Assembly (NCBI GenBank): GCA_963664395.2
Contig: OY761159.2
Coordinates: 384,001-448,000 of the forward strand
Origin: Candidatus Binatia bacterium
GTDB taxonomy: Bacteria; Desulfobacterota; Binatia; Bin18
Reading direction: 5' to 3'
Length of the DNA: 64,000 bases
Both the position numbers and the translations under genes were made by a program. This document shows positions 1-9,575 of this stretch, one piece after another. Each line of letters begins with the position of its first letter. Position 1 is the first letter of the stretch. A model generated the notes under the pieces. That model was given only the letters and a program-made list of their open reading frames with translations, had not been told where the DNA came from and made no database searches.

Positions 1-933
1 CACATCGTCGGGATCGCGCATCACATAGCGCCAGGTCGTTTCATCTTCGGGACGAATCTCACCGGGCAACCGCCCGGCCCTTTTGAAATCGGCCACCCTC
101 CGCCGCGCCTGTTGAATCACCCCCTCCTGGACCTGCCGCCGACTCCAGCCACTCTGTTTTATGATTGCAGCATGCTCGCCGGCGAGCACCAGCAGGCTTT
201 GATTAAACCCATACACGTTTGGTGAGGCGAGATTACACACGGCATCGGCAAATTCCAGCAGCAGGGGTTCGGGCGTACTGGCAAGCTGATTATACACACC
301 CATGAGCGTATTGGACGCATACAAGGTCACCGTACTGTCCTCGGGTTGAAAGCCGCGTTCAACGTGCAGCGGCTTCCAGGGATGGTTATCTTCGTTCTCG
401 GCAAAACAGAACGCATATTTCCCCGGTGAGCCCAAGGTAGCCTTGTCCAGCAAACCAGGGCGGGTATTGAGCACGTTGAGCATGACTAGGCGCAGCGCCC
501 GGCCGATGGTCGCATTGGGACGAAATCCCGGCCCGAAGGCGTTATGGCTTGCGTTGATCCCGAGCGCGGGACCAATCGGACCATTCACAATCAGTGTGAT
601 CGCCGACCCGCCGGTGCTGGTTGCCGGATTATGATAATGAAACTCGGGCCGGCACAGACCCCGCACCACCGCCAGCACAACGGGGAAATACTCGGGTAAA
701 CAGCCGGCCATCACCGCATTGATAGCCACCTTCTCAGCCGGGATAGTCACATTGCGTTCTGGAATAGTCCCCAGACTTTCGTCCGCTCTGACCTGTCCGG
801 CCTCCAGCATCGCCTGAACCGACTCTTCGGTCGGCGGGACGAGCGGCAAGCCGTCACTCCAGCCCTGCTGGTAATAGAACTCAACCCAGGCCGCGGCTTC
901 GGCCGGATCGGTTGGGGGTATGTGTGTGCCCAT
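1..933 (-). CDS. Conserved hypothetical protein of the WSDGLP..PPT family, usually encoded next to UGSC-type (seleno)proteins; 3' end lies outside the window
   Basis: Not in the ORF track because it runs off the edge. Manual translation from ATG at 933: MGTHIPPTDPAEAAAWVEFYYQQGWSDGLPLVPPTEESV...EKVAINAVMAGCLPEYFPVV...GFRPNATIGRALRL...PGKYAFCFAENE; open to position 1. Confidence 0.75.
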   Translation of the reverse strand, partial: MGTHIPPTDPAEAAAWVEFYYQQGWSDGLPLVPPTEESVQAMLEAGQVRADESLGTIPERNVTIPAEKVAINAVMAGCLPEYFPVVLAVVRGLCRPEFHYHNPATSTGGSAITLIVNGPIGPALGINASHNAFGPGFRPNATIGRALRLVMLNVLNTRPGLLDKATLGSPGKYAFCFAENEDNHPWKPLHVERGFQPEDSTVTLYASNTLMGVYNQLASTPEPLLLEFADAVCNLASPNVYGFNQSLLVLAGEHAAIIKQSGWSRRQVQEGVIQQARRRVADFKRAGRLPGEIRPEDETTWRYVMRDPDDV

Positions 934-1045
934 ACGTCCTCAGACACTTCATAATCTCATAGCATAAGCATTGCACGAGAGTCAGGAGCCAGTACAATAA
1001 CAACAATATACGGAGAGCCTTGGAACATGTTTTTGGGAGACAGGC

Positions 1046-1297
1046 ATGAATGAGGCAAAGCTGCTCGAACGCATTTCTATCAATCCAAAAATCTTCGGCG
1101 GTAAGCCTATTGTCCGAGGGCGCAGGCTCGCGGTCGAACATGTTCTTGGGATGCTGGCGGCGGGAGATACAGCCGATACCATACTTTCAGGCTATGCTTG
1201 GCTTGAGCCGGAAGATATCCAGGCTTGCCTCCTCTACGCGCGGCAGCTCGTTGGTCATGAACGTGTCGAGCCATTCTTTATTAAGCCCCCCGCATGA
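1046..1297 (+). CDS. DUF433 family antitoxin (VapB45-like)
   Basis: ERISINPKIFGGKPIVRGRRL...LEPEDIQACLLYA; ATGA overlap with the next gene. Confidence 0.9.
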   Translation: MNEAKLLERISINPKIFGGKPIVRGRRLAVEHVLGMLAAGDTADTILSGYAWLEPEDIQACLLYARQLVGHERVEPFFIKPPA

Positions 1298-1659
1298 GGC
1301 TCCTGCTTGATAGCTGTGTCTGGGGCGGAGTCCGCCAGGATATAAGAGCCGCTGGCCATGATGTCCTGTGGGCGGGCGAGTGGGATGAGGACCCCGGCGA
1401 TGAAGAAATTCTCAGTAGAGCTTTCCGTGACAGTCGTATCCTCGTGACCTTAGATAAGGACTTTGGCGAACTTGTTATCGTCCGCGGCCAGCGCCATGCA
1501 GGCATTCTTCGCCTCGTCAATCTCTCAGCACGTCAACAAGCAGCTGCCTGCATTCAAGTCCTCAGCACGCATGGTACGGATTTGGAAGCTGGAACGATCA
1601 TTACCGCCGAGCCCGGCAGATTACGCATTCGCCCGGCGTCGTTGTTACCCTCTTCATAG
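1294..1659 (+). CDS. DUF5615 PIN-like toxin (VapC45-like)
   Basis: MRLLLD, GHDV, DEEIL, RILVTLDKDFGEL motifs; coupled to the DUF433 gene. Confidence 0.9.
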   Translation: MRLLLDSCVWGGVRQDIRAAGHDVLWAGEWDEDPGDEEILSRAFRDSRILVTLDKDFGELVIVRGQRHAGILRLVNLSARQQAAACIQVLSTHGTDLEAGTIITAEPGRLRIRPASLLPSS

Positions 1660-1856
1660 GTTGCCTTGATCCTCCAGGGCTAAACGTACGCACTTTACCG
1701 CCCGGATATGCCCTCGTCATGCCGGGCTCGACCCGATATCTCTCGCCTTGCCCTGCCTTGTGGCATGATCCAAGTGAGTAAAGCCAAAGAGACCCAGCAG
1801 CTTCCAGAAGAGTATGGTATGGGAAGAGAAAAGTGCCAGCCTGAAAGGACTATCCC

Positions 1857-2894
1857 ATGCCACACCGCTTTATGACCTTGCGCGAAATTCGACGCGCCGC
1901 AAAAACCATACTGCCGCCCGGGCCGTGGGCGTTTGGCGCTGGAGGCGCGGAAACGGAAACCACGCGCCGCCGCAACCGCCGGGCACTGAAGCGCCTGGCC
2001 ATCCGCCAGCGGGTGCTGCGCGATGTCCGCCATATCGATATCAGCACGACCTTCCTCGGGCTCGAACTGCCCAGCCCCTTTGCCATCGCGCCGATGGGCA
2101 GTCTGGTGCTCTTTCATCCGGAAGGTGACCTCGAGATGGTGCGTGGCGCAAGTCCCAGCCGCAACCTCGCCTTCGTGAGTGGTGTCACCGGATGGTCGGT
2201 CGAAGACCTGGCCCAGACAGCACGTGGCCCCTTGATATATCAGCTCTACTGGAGCGGCCCGCGGCCCTGGTGTCAGGACCTGCTCGCCCGGGTGGAAGCC
2301 TCAGGCTATCACGCCGTATGCCTCACCGTTGACGTGCAGACCTATAGTCGGCGCGAACGGGATGTTGAGCTGCGTTTTGATCCGCAGAGTGCTCGGTCAC
2401 TCACCCCCAACGAACAGCCGCCGGAGTTCGACTATCAGACCCGCCTCACCTGGGATGATGTGGCTTGGCTCAAGAGCATTCTGTCGGTTCCGCTTGGATT
2501 AAAAGGCATTCTCACCCCGGAAGATGCAAAGCGTGCCGTCGAGGCCGGAGTCGAGATCATTTGGGTCTCGAATCACGGCGGGCGTCAGCTCGATTCTACC
2601 CTGGCGACGATTGATGCCTTACCGGAAATCGTGGAAGCCGTTGATGGGAAGGCCCAGATCGTGATTGACGGCGGCTTTCGGCGGGGCACGGATATTATTA
2701 AAGCCCTGGCGTTAGGAGCGAACCTGGTTGCTCTGGGTCGGCCCATGCTCTGGGGTCTGGCCGCGGATGGCGCAGCCGGCGTGCATCGGACAATCGAATT
2801 ATTCCGCGACGAATTGGAAACAAATTTAGCCCTGTGTGGGCAAATCAGTGTGCGTAATCTGGAGCCGAATCTGATTCGGAAGGTGGATTATTGA
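1857..2894 (+). CDS. FMN-dependent alpha-hydroxy acid oxidase/dehydrogenase
   Basis: LTVD, LKGIL, VSNHGGRQLD, DGGFRRGTDIIKALALGA motifs. Confidence 0.92.
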   Translation: MPHRFMTLREIRRAAKTILPPGPWAFGAGGAETETTRRRNRRALKRLAIRQRVLRDVRHIDISTTFLGLELPSPFAIAPMGSLVLFHPEGDLEMVRGASPSRNLAFVSGVTGWSVEDLAQTARGPLIYQLYWSGPRPWCQDLLARVEASGYHAVCLTVDVQTYSRRERDVELRFDPQSARSLTPNEQPPEFDYQTRLTWDDVAWLKSILSVPLGLKGILTPEDAKRAVEAGVEIIWVSNHGGRQLDSTLATIDALPEIVEAVDGKAQIVIDGGFRRGTDIIKALALGANLVALGRPMLWGLAADGAAGVHRTIELFRDELETNLALCGQISVRNLEPNLIRKVDY

Positions 2895-2927
2895 GTACGC
2901 CTCTTCAAGCGAAAAGAGACCCACAGT

Positions 2928-3287
2928 ATGGTTGAATCAGTTGAATCACAGGTTGAGCACCTCAACCACACATACGCCGCCCTTGCCGACCCCACGCGGC
3001 GGGCCATTCTCATGATCCTCATGCGGTCTGAGGCGCGCGTGACAGAATTGGCCGAGCCCTTTGACATGTCGCTGAATGCAGTCTCAAAACATGTGCGCGT
3101 GTTAGAGCGGGCACACTTGATACGCCGTGCGATCAGAGGCCGCGACCATTATCTGTCGGTCAATATCGAACCGCTGCGTGAGGCCGCCGAGTGGCTTGAG
3201 ACCTATCAACACTTCTGGGACAAGCGCGTTGCTGCGCTCGAAACGTTTCTCGGCAATAATCGCGCGCAACCGAAACGGAGAGAGTAG
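2928..3287 (+). CDS. ArsR/SmtB family transcriptional regulator
   Basis: ALADPTRRAIL...VTELAEPFDMSLNAVSKHVRVLERA winged HTH. Confidence 0.9.
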   Translation: MVESVESQVEHLNHTYAALADPTRRAILMILMRSEARVTELAEPFDMSLNAVSKHVRVLERAHLIRRAIRGRDHYLSVNIEPLREAAEWLETYQHFWDKRVAALETFLGNNRAQPKRRE

Positions 3288-3300
3288 GCTAGGAGGACAT

Positions 3301-4380
3301 ATGCAGTTTGGTATTATCTTTCCCACCCGCATCGATGACTGGCAACTGGTGAAAGACGCCGAGGACCTGGGCTATGACCGCGCCTGGGTACCGGACTCCC
3401 AGATGATCTGGTCGGACTGCTATGCCACCCTCGCTCTGGCTGCGCACAATACTTCGCGGATTCATATTGGCAGTGGGGTCTCGATTCCCGGCAGCCGTAT
3501 CGCTCCGGTCACGGCCCATTCCATTGCCTCGATTAATCAGATTGCACCGGGCCGCGTGTTCCTCGGCATCGGGACCGGGCATACTGCCATGCGCGTCATG
3601 GGCATGCGACCCATGCGGATCAAACCCTTCCGCGAGTATCTGCGCATTGTGCGCACGCTCCTGCGCGGGGAAGAGGTTGACTACACATTTGGTGACACCA
3701 CGCGCACGATTCGTTTTCTCCACCAGGACCTCCGTTTTATTAATCTGGAAGATCCCATCCCGATTTATGTTGCCGCCAACGGACCACGGGCGCTCAGCAT
3801 CACGGGTGAATTCGGGGATGGCGTCACGACCCTGCTCTACGAAGATACCAGCGTCCTGAGGGGTCACTTGCAGTTGATCCGGTCAGGAGCGGCCAAAACT
3901 GGACGCAGCCTGCCCGACCCCTTTCATGTTTCCGCCGTCACCTCTGCCGTTATCCTGCATCCGGGCGAAACACTGGCATCAGACCGGGTCGTCGATGCCT
4001 GCGGAGCCTGGGTCACCACGGCGCTCCATTTTGTGTATGAGGTCTATCAACTGACCAAGAATGAGGAGGTCATTCCGCCTGCGTTTGCAGACACCTGGGA
4101 AGAGTACTGCGCCTATGTCGATCAGATGCAGACCCCAGCCGACAAACGCTATCTCCAGCTCCACGACGGCCACAGCACCTATCTGGTGCCGGCCGAACGG
4201 CGCTTTGTGACGCCCAAGGCGATTCAGGGCACGAGTCTGGTGGGCACGCCGGAGGAGATTATCGAACGCATCCGCACGGCAGAAAAAGCGGGCATGCGCG
4301 AGCTGACCGTCCTGCCTCCGACCGAGACAAACCGGGAGATGCTGACGGAGTTTGCCGAGCTGGTGATGCGCAAGTATTGA
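3301..4380 (+). CDS. LLM class flavin-dependent oxidoreductase (Mer-like)
   Basis: AGGAGG RBS then MQFGI; GYDRAWVPDSQ, GRVFLGIGTG, PIYVAANGPRAL. Confidence 0.9.
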   Translation: MQFGIIFPTRIDDWQLVKDAEDLGYDRAWVPDSQMIWSDCYATLALAAHNTSRIHIGSGVSIPGSRIAPVTAHSIASINQIAPGRVFLGIGTGHTAMRVMGMRPMRIKPFREYLRIVRTLLRGEEVDYTFGDTTRTIRFLHQDLRFINLEDPIPIYVAANGPRALSITGEFGDGVTTLLYEDTSVLRGHLQLIRSGAAKTGRSLPDPFHVSAVTSAVILHPGETLASDRVVDACGAWVTTALHFVYEVYQLTKNEEVIPPAFADTWEEYCAYVDQMQTPADKRYLQLHDGHSTYLVPAERRFVTPKAIQGTSLVGTPEEIIERIRTAEKAGMRELTVLPPTETNREMLTEFAELVMRKY

Positions 4381-4408
4381 TACTATCATGCGTGGGGAGC
4401 ACGATGGT

Positions 4409-5551
4409 CTAGCCCTCAAGCTGCTCATTCAATTTGGCAATGGCTTCGACATAGCCCTCAACCATTTCCCGCACGACGTCGCGGGTGGCCCGCACGCTGT
4501 TTTGCGTGCCGATGCCCTGTCCGGCGGGATAGGAATACAACTGATACGCGCCGGACTCCGGGGTGATGCCAGGGGCCTTCATGGCGTGGTCGATACGGCG
4601 CAGAGAATGATAATTCAGGACGCTTTGGAGGGGGGTTTTGAGGGGGTCCGGGGTGTCGGGCCGGTCCCATGCTTCGGTCCATTCGGAACGTAAAAAACGG
4701 GCGTGCTTGCCCGTCATAGACCTGGTCCGCACCGTGTCATCCGTCCCCGCGACCAGCATCTTTTGCTTGGCCATCCGGTCCAACTCGGACTCAGCCGTCG
4801 TCAACCAGACTGAACCGCACCACACGCCTTGAGCGCCAAGTGCCAGGGCCGCGGCCATCTGACGCCCATTGCCTATGCCACCGGCGCCGAGCACCGGAGT
4901 CGGGGCAACCGCATCAACAATCTCCGGGATCAGCACCATGCCGCCAATCTCTCCAGTGTGCCCCCCGGCTTCGTAGGACTGGGCAATAATCACATCCACA
5001 CCGGCTGCTTTATGGCGCTCAGCGTGCTTTTTCTTTCCGGCCAAGGCGCCGACGTAGAGATCGCGCGCATGAGCCGCCTCAGTGACCCAATCCGGCGGCG
5101 TTCCGAGCGCGCTCACCAGAAACCTGGCCTTGTGGGCAAAGGCAATATCCACGATACCTTTGGCCTGTTTCTGGGAATAGCGTAAGCCACGCTCCTTTTT
5201 GGAGGCGGTCAGATGGTCCGGCAACTCGGGCACCCCGGCGTCCTCAAGCATTTTCTCCACGAACTGCCGATGCTCGTCCGGGATACAATCCCGGAGCGAC
5301 TTTTGATCCATCCCGCCGGTTGAAGCGCCAACGTAGTTTGACGGCATCATCAGATCCACGCCATACGGGACGGCGCCGAGCTGATCGTCAATCCATTGCA
5401 GATCAATTTCCAAGCGTTCATCCGTGTGAATCGCTGCCCCCAGCACGCCGAGTCCACCAGCCTTACTGACTGCGACAACAACGTCGCGGCAGTGCGTGAA
5501 GGCAAAAATAGGATATTCAATACCGAACATTTCAGTGAGCGCTTGTGTCAT
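4409..5551 (-). CDS. Nitronate monooxygenase-like flavin oxidoreductase
   Basis: VSKAGGLGVLG, EAGGHTG, AGGIGNGRQMAAALALGAQGVWCGS. Confidence 0.88.
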   Translation of the reverse strand: MTQALTEMFGIEYPIFAFTHCRDVVVAVSKAGGLGVLGAAIHTDERLEIDLQWIDDQLGAVPYGVDLMMPSNYVGASTGGMDQKSLRDCIPDEHRQFVEKMLEDAGVPELPDHLTASKKERGLRYSQKQAKGIVDIAFAHKARFLVSALGTPPDWVTEAAHARDLYVGALAGKKKHAERHKAAGVDVIIAQSYEAGGHTGEIGGMVLIPEIVDAVAPTPVLGAGGIGNGRQMAAALALGAQGVWCGSVWLTTAESELDRMAKQKMLVAGTDDTVRTRSMTGKHARFLRSEWTEAWDRPDTPDPLKTPLQSVLNYHSLRRIDHAMKAPGITPESGAYQLYSYPAGQGIGTQNSVRATRDVVREMVEGYVEAIAKLNEQLEG

Positions 5552-5759
5552 ACTGTCTCCTCAATCTTTTTTCGCCCGTATAAAACCACGCTTGAGACAA
5601 AGAGGCCACAACCTCTCAAGGCCGTGTATGGCCGGGCTCAGGCCGGCATACCGCATTGACAGCGCAAACCTCACGGCGCTAGGCTTCGGCAAAACAGGAA
5701 ACAGTGGTCCGGCCGGTCAGGATAACCGGTCCGCGACCAAGACAAAGGAAGACCTGAGC

Positions 5760-8153
5760 ATGGCATATATCGGCAGTTCGGTCAGTGGCATCCTGGATAC
5801 CAGGCTCGTCGCCGGCAAGGGACAATACACCGCAGACGTGAGTCTGCCGGACATGGGCTATATGGCCGTTGTCCGCAGCCCCTATGCCCACGCCCGGATT
5901 CTCAGCATCGACACCAGCGCGGCGCAGCAGCACCCAAGCGTGCGCATCGCTGTCACCGGGACGGATGTCAAACAGTGGAGCAAGCCCATTCCGCACACGT
6001 TGAATCCCAGCGCCTTTGGCGGAAAAACGACCGACATCTACTGTCTGGCGATTGACCGGGTGCATTATGTCGGGACACCGGTAGCTGCCGTGGTTGCCGA
6101 TACCAGACACGCTGCGACCGAGGCGGCCAATCTTATCGAAGTCGAGTATGCAGACCTGCCGGTGGTGATCGATGCCGAACGGGCCCTGGAGCCGGATTCC
6201 CCCCTGCTCTATCCTGAATGGGAAACAAACGAGCTGATGCACGTTCACTTTCAGGGCGGCGATGTTGAGCAGGCATTTACCGACGCCGACCATGTCCTGG
6301 ACGACACCCTCCGCCTGCACCGGCATACGGCCACGCCGCTGGAACCGCGGGCGGCCCTGGCTCACTATGACGACCGTGCTGAGCGCCTGACCTTGTGGGT
6401 CTCCACCCAAGCGCCCCATCCCCTGCGCACAACGTTGGCGGACACGTTGCAGATGGATGAGAACGATATCCATGTGATTCAACCCCAGGTCGGTGGAGCA
6501 TTTGGGGTGAAAATTCCGACCTATCAGGAAGACCCTCTGGCCTGCCTCTTGTCGAAACGAACCGGTAAGCCGGTCAAATGGGTCGAAGAGCGCACGGAAC
6601 ATTTCATGGCCGGCGGTCACGCTCGCGAGCAGACCCTCAAATTCTCGGTCGCCTGTCAGGCGGACGGAACCGTGACCGGCCTCAAGGTTCGTATCATTGG
6701 CGACGTCGGGGCCCTGGCCGCGCTGGGCGGTTGGGGCATGTCCTATGTTGCGGCCTTTGTCGTGCCCGGCCCATACAAAATCCCGAACTGTGAGGTGGAT
6801 TTATCTATCGTGGTGACCAACAAGGGCCCCTGGAATGCGTATCGTGGGTTTGGCAAAGAGGCCGCATCCTTTCTCATGGATCGTGTCATGGACCGCGTCG
6901 CCGACACGGTGCAGATGGACCGCGCCGCGGTGCGGCTCAAGAATTTTGTGTCCAAAGACGAGTTTCCCTACGTGCAAATCTCGGGTGCAACCCTGGACAG
7001 CGGCGATTATGTCAAGGCGCTGCAAGACGTTCTGGACAAAGCCGGCTACCATACCTTCGCCGAGGAACAACAGCGCCTCCGAGACCAAGGCCGCTACATT
7101 GGCATAGGCGTGGGTTTTGAACTCACGCCCGAAGGCGGCTGCATCCCCGACTCTTTTATTGGCGGCTACGAAGGCGCCACCGTCCGCGTCAGCCCGAGTG
7201 GCCAGGTCACCGTCCTGACCGGCGTCACCTCGCCCGGTTCGGGCAATGAAACCGGCATTGCCCAGATTGTGGCAGATACGTTAGGCGTACCGCTCAGCAG
7301 CGTCAGGGTCATACAGGGCGATACCCAGGCGTGTCCATATGGGTTGGGCAATTGGAGTTCGCGCAGTCTGTTCATGGGTGGCTCAGCTTCGCTGTATGCG
7401 GCACGGGAGGTTCAGCATAAGATTCTGCGGGTCGCGGCCAGCATGTTAGAAGCTGCGCCTGAAGATCTTGACTGCGAACAGGGCCGCATCCGCGTCAAGG
7501 GCCAGGCTGACCGAGAGGTGGCGTTCAACGATATTGCCGAGTACGTTCACAAACGCGCATTCGATCATCACGCTTTTGATATGGAGCCGGGTTTGGAGTC
7601 TACGCGCTATTTCCGCATGGGCAATATCCACCACGTGCCGGACGACAAAGGGCGCATCAACACCTATCCCTCTTATCCCTATGCCGCCTGTGTCGCCGTG
7701 GTTGAGGTGGATATTGAAACCGGCGTCGTCACCCCTTTGCGCTACGTTGCCGTCCACGACTGCGGCACCGTCATTAATCCGTTACTGGTTGAAGGGCAGT
7801 TTCAAGGCGCAGTGGCGCAGGGACTCGGTGGTCTGATCTATGAACAGCTCAGCTATGATGAAAACGGCCAACTCCAGACCGGGACGTTCATGGACTATAC
7901 GCTGCCCACAGCGGTTGAAGTGCCGAGTGTTGAAATTCACCACCAGGAAGTCCCGAGTCCGTTCACGCCACTCGGCACCAAAGGTGCGGGCGAGTCCGGC
8001 GTGTCCAGCCCATTTGGGAGCATCGTCAGCGCTGTGGAAAACGCCCTTGCGCCCTTTGGGGTGAAAATTCACGATACCCCGCTGACTCCTCAACGCGTAT
8101 GGCGCATGATTCAAGCGGCTAAAAATGGCAGCGCCGGGAGGGCGGGAGCATGA
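5760..8153 (+). CDS. Xanthine dehydrogenase/CoxL-like molybdopterin-binding large subunit
   Basis: VVRSPYAHARI, VGGAFG, AYRGFG loop, HDCGTVINP, GTKGAGE; start taken at MAYIG. Confidence 0.9.
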   Translation: MAYIGSSVSGILDTRLVAGKGQYTADVSLPDMGYMAVVRSPYAHARILSIDTSAAQQHPSVRIAVTGTDVKQWSKPIPHTLNPSAFGGKTTDIYCLAIDRVHYVGTPVAAVVADTRHAATEAANLIEVEYADLPVVIDAERALEPDSPLLYPEWETNELMHVHFQGGDVEQAFTDADHVLDDTLRLHRHTATPLEPRAALAHYDDRAERLTLWVSTQAPHPLRTTLADTLQMDENDIHVIQPQVGGAFGVKIPTYQEDPLACLLSKRTGKPVKWVEERTEHFMAGGHAREQTLKFSVACQADGTVTGLKVRIIGDVGALAALGGWGMSYVAAFVVPGPYKIPNCEVDLSIVVTNKGPWNAYRGFGKEAASFLMDRVMDRVADTVQMDRAAVRLKNFVSKDEFPYVQISGATLDSGDYVKALQDVLDKAGYHTFAEEQQRLRDQGRYIGIGVGFELTPEGGCIPDSFIGGYEGATVRVSPSGQVTVLTGVTSPGSGNETGIAQIVADTLGVPLSSVRVIQGDTQACPYGLGNWSSRSLFMGGSASLYAAREVQHKILRVAASMLEAAPEDLDCEQGRIRVKGQADREVAFNDIAEYVHKRAFDHHAFDMEPGLESTRYFRMGNIHHVPDDKGRINTYPSYPYAACVAVVEVDIETGVVTPLRYVAVHDCGTVINPLLVEGQFQGAVAQGLGGLIYEQLSYDENGQLQTGTFMDYTLPTAVEVPSVEIHHQEVPSPFTPLGTKGAGESGVSSPFGSIVSAVENALAPFGVKIHDTPLTPQRVWRMIQAAKNGSAGRAGA

Positions 8154-9028
8154 TACGCGCGCCCTTTCAGCTACACACGCCGCACTCGATCGCTGAAGCC
8201 GTCCGTCTCTTATCCCAGTGCGTGCAAAACGGCGAAGACGCAAAGCTGCTTGCCGGTGGGCAGTCGCTCATTCCAAGCATGAACCTTGGCCTGGTCGCGC
8301 CGGCCCATATCATCAGCCTCAACCATGTTGCCGGCCTCAACTCTATTCGCCGGGACGGGGATATGCTCGCCATCGGAGCGGGGACTACCCATCACGCCCT
8401 GGCCGAGTCCGAGGTCGTGCAAGCCCACTGTCCGATTCTCAGCGAGACCGCAGCCTGTATTGGCGATGTCCAGGTTCGCAACCGGGGGACGCTGGGCGGC
8501 TCAATTGGCCATTTTGATCCTGCGGCTGACTATCCGCCCGTACTCGTCCTGCTTGATGCAGCCTGTCAGATTGTTAGCCCAAGTGGAGAGCGGACCGTTG
8601 CCGCCCAAGACGTCTTTGTTGATTATATGACGACGAGTCTGAGCGCAGATGAGGTCCTGACCGAAATTCGCGTCCCGGTCCTGTCCTCGGACACTGGTAC
8701 GGCCTACGTGAAGTTCACCAGGGTAGAAGGCGGCTTTGCCATTGTCGGCGTTGGCACGTGCCTTCGGCTCAATCCGGATAAGACCTGTCGGTCCATCCGA
8801 GTCGGCATGTGTGGCGCAGCCCCCGTCCCGGTGCGTTTGACCGCTATCGAGGACACGCTGACAGGCAAGGTCGTGGACGACGCCTTTGTTGATGCGGTTG
8901 CAGCTGCCGCGTATGAGTCGGCTCACGACCCGGTCGCAGAGTTGCACGCCGATGCGGACTACAAACGAGAGATGGTCCGGGTGTTTACCCGTCGGGCGGT
9001 GAAGACGGCCTTGGAACGGGCGGATTAA
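8150..9028 (+). CDS. CoxM-like FAD-binding subunit
   Basis: LLAGGQSLIP, IGDVQVRNRGTLGGS, DPAAD. Confidence 0.9.
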   Translation: MIRAPFQLHTPHSIAEAVRLLSQCVQNGEDAKLLAGGQSLIPSMNLGLVAPAHIISLNHVAGLNSIRRDGDMLAIGAGTTHHALAESEVVQAHCPILSETAACIGDVQVRNRGTLGGSIGHFDPAADYPPVLVLLDAACQIVSPSGERTVAAQDVFVDYMTTSLSADEVLTEIRVPVLSSDTGTAYVKFTRVEGGFAIVGVGTCLRLNPDKTCRSIRVGMCGAAPVPVRLTAIEDTLTGKVVDDAFVDAVAAAAYESAHDPVAELHADADYKREMVRVFTRRAVKTALERAD

Positions 9029-9047
9029 GGAACGGTATGGGAAAGCT

Positions 9048-9530
9048 ATGCAAACCACCATTCAACTGACAGTGAACAATACTCCGTGTGAAGCCACGGT
9101 CGATACGCGCACGCTCCTGGTCGATTTTTTGCGCGATCAACTCGACCTGACCGGTACTCACCTCGGCTGTGCCACCGGCAATTGCGGCGTGTGCACCGTC
9201 GTGCTCGACGGTCTGACGGTCAAGGCGTGTACCATTCTGGCGGCCGACGTTGCGGGCTCCACAGTCACCACCATTGAGGGTTGGACACAAGACACAAGGC
9301 AATCGGGCGACCTGCACCCGATTCAGGATGCCTTTGTCAAACACCACGCTTTACAGTGCGGCTTTTGCACCCCCGGCATGGTGTTGTCGGTTCAGCAACT
9401 GCTGAAAGAAAAACCGAATCCCACAGAGGCTGAGATTCGGCACGGCATAGCCGGCAATCTGTGTCGATGCACCGGCTATGCCAGTATTATCAGGGCGGTT
9501 CAGGAAGCCGCGCGGGGAAGCGGCGATTAA
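9048..9530 (+). CDS. CoxS-like 2x[2Fe-2S] subunit
   Basis: GCATGNCGVC, QCGFCTPG, NLCRCTGY. Confidence 0.93.
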   Translation: MQTTIQLTVNNTPCEATVDTRTLLVDFLRDQLDLTGTHLGCATGNCGVCTVVLDGLTVKACTILAADVAGSTVTTIEGWTQDTRQSGDLHPIQDAFVKHHALQCGFCTPGMVLSVQQLLKEKPNPTEAEIRHGIAGNLCRCTGYASIIRAVQEAARGSGD

Positions 9531-9575
9531 AAACAAAATTCCCTCCCCCCTCAAGGGAAGAGGGCCAGAGGTCCC

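Noticed and set aside
5679-6620. Long antisense ORFs (e.g. 5679-6620, 47244-48074, 58305-59417)
   Set aside because: Shadow frames of well-supported genes in GC-rich DNA, with no recognisable motifs
5760-9530. Aerobic CO dehydrogenase (coxMSL)
   Set aside because: Lacks the AYxCSFR motif, has a different gene order, and no coxDEFG genes are nearby
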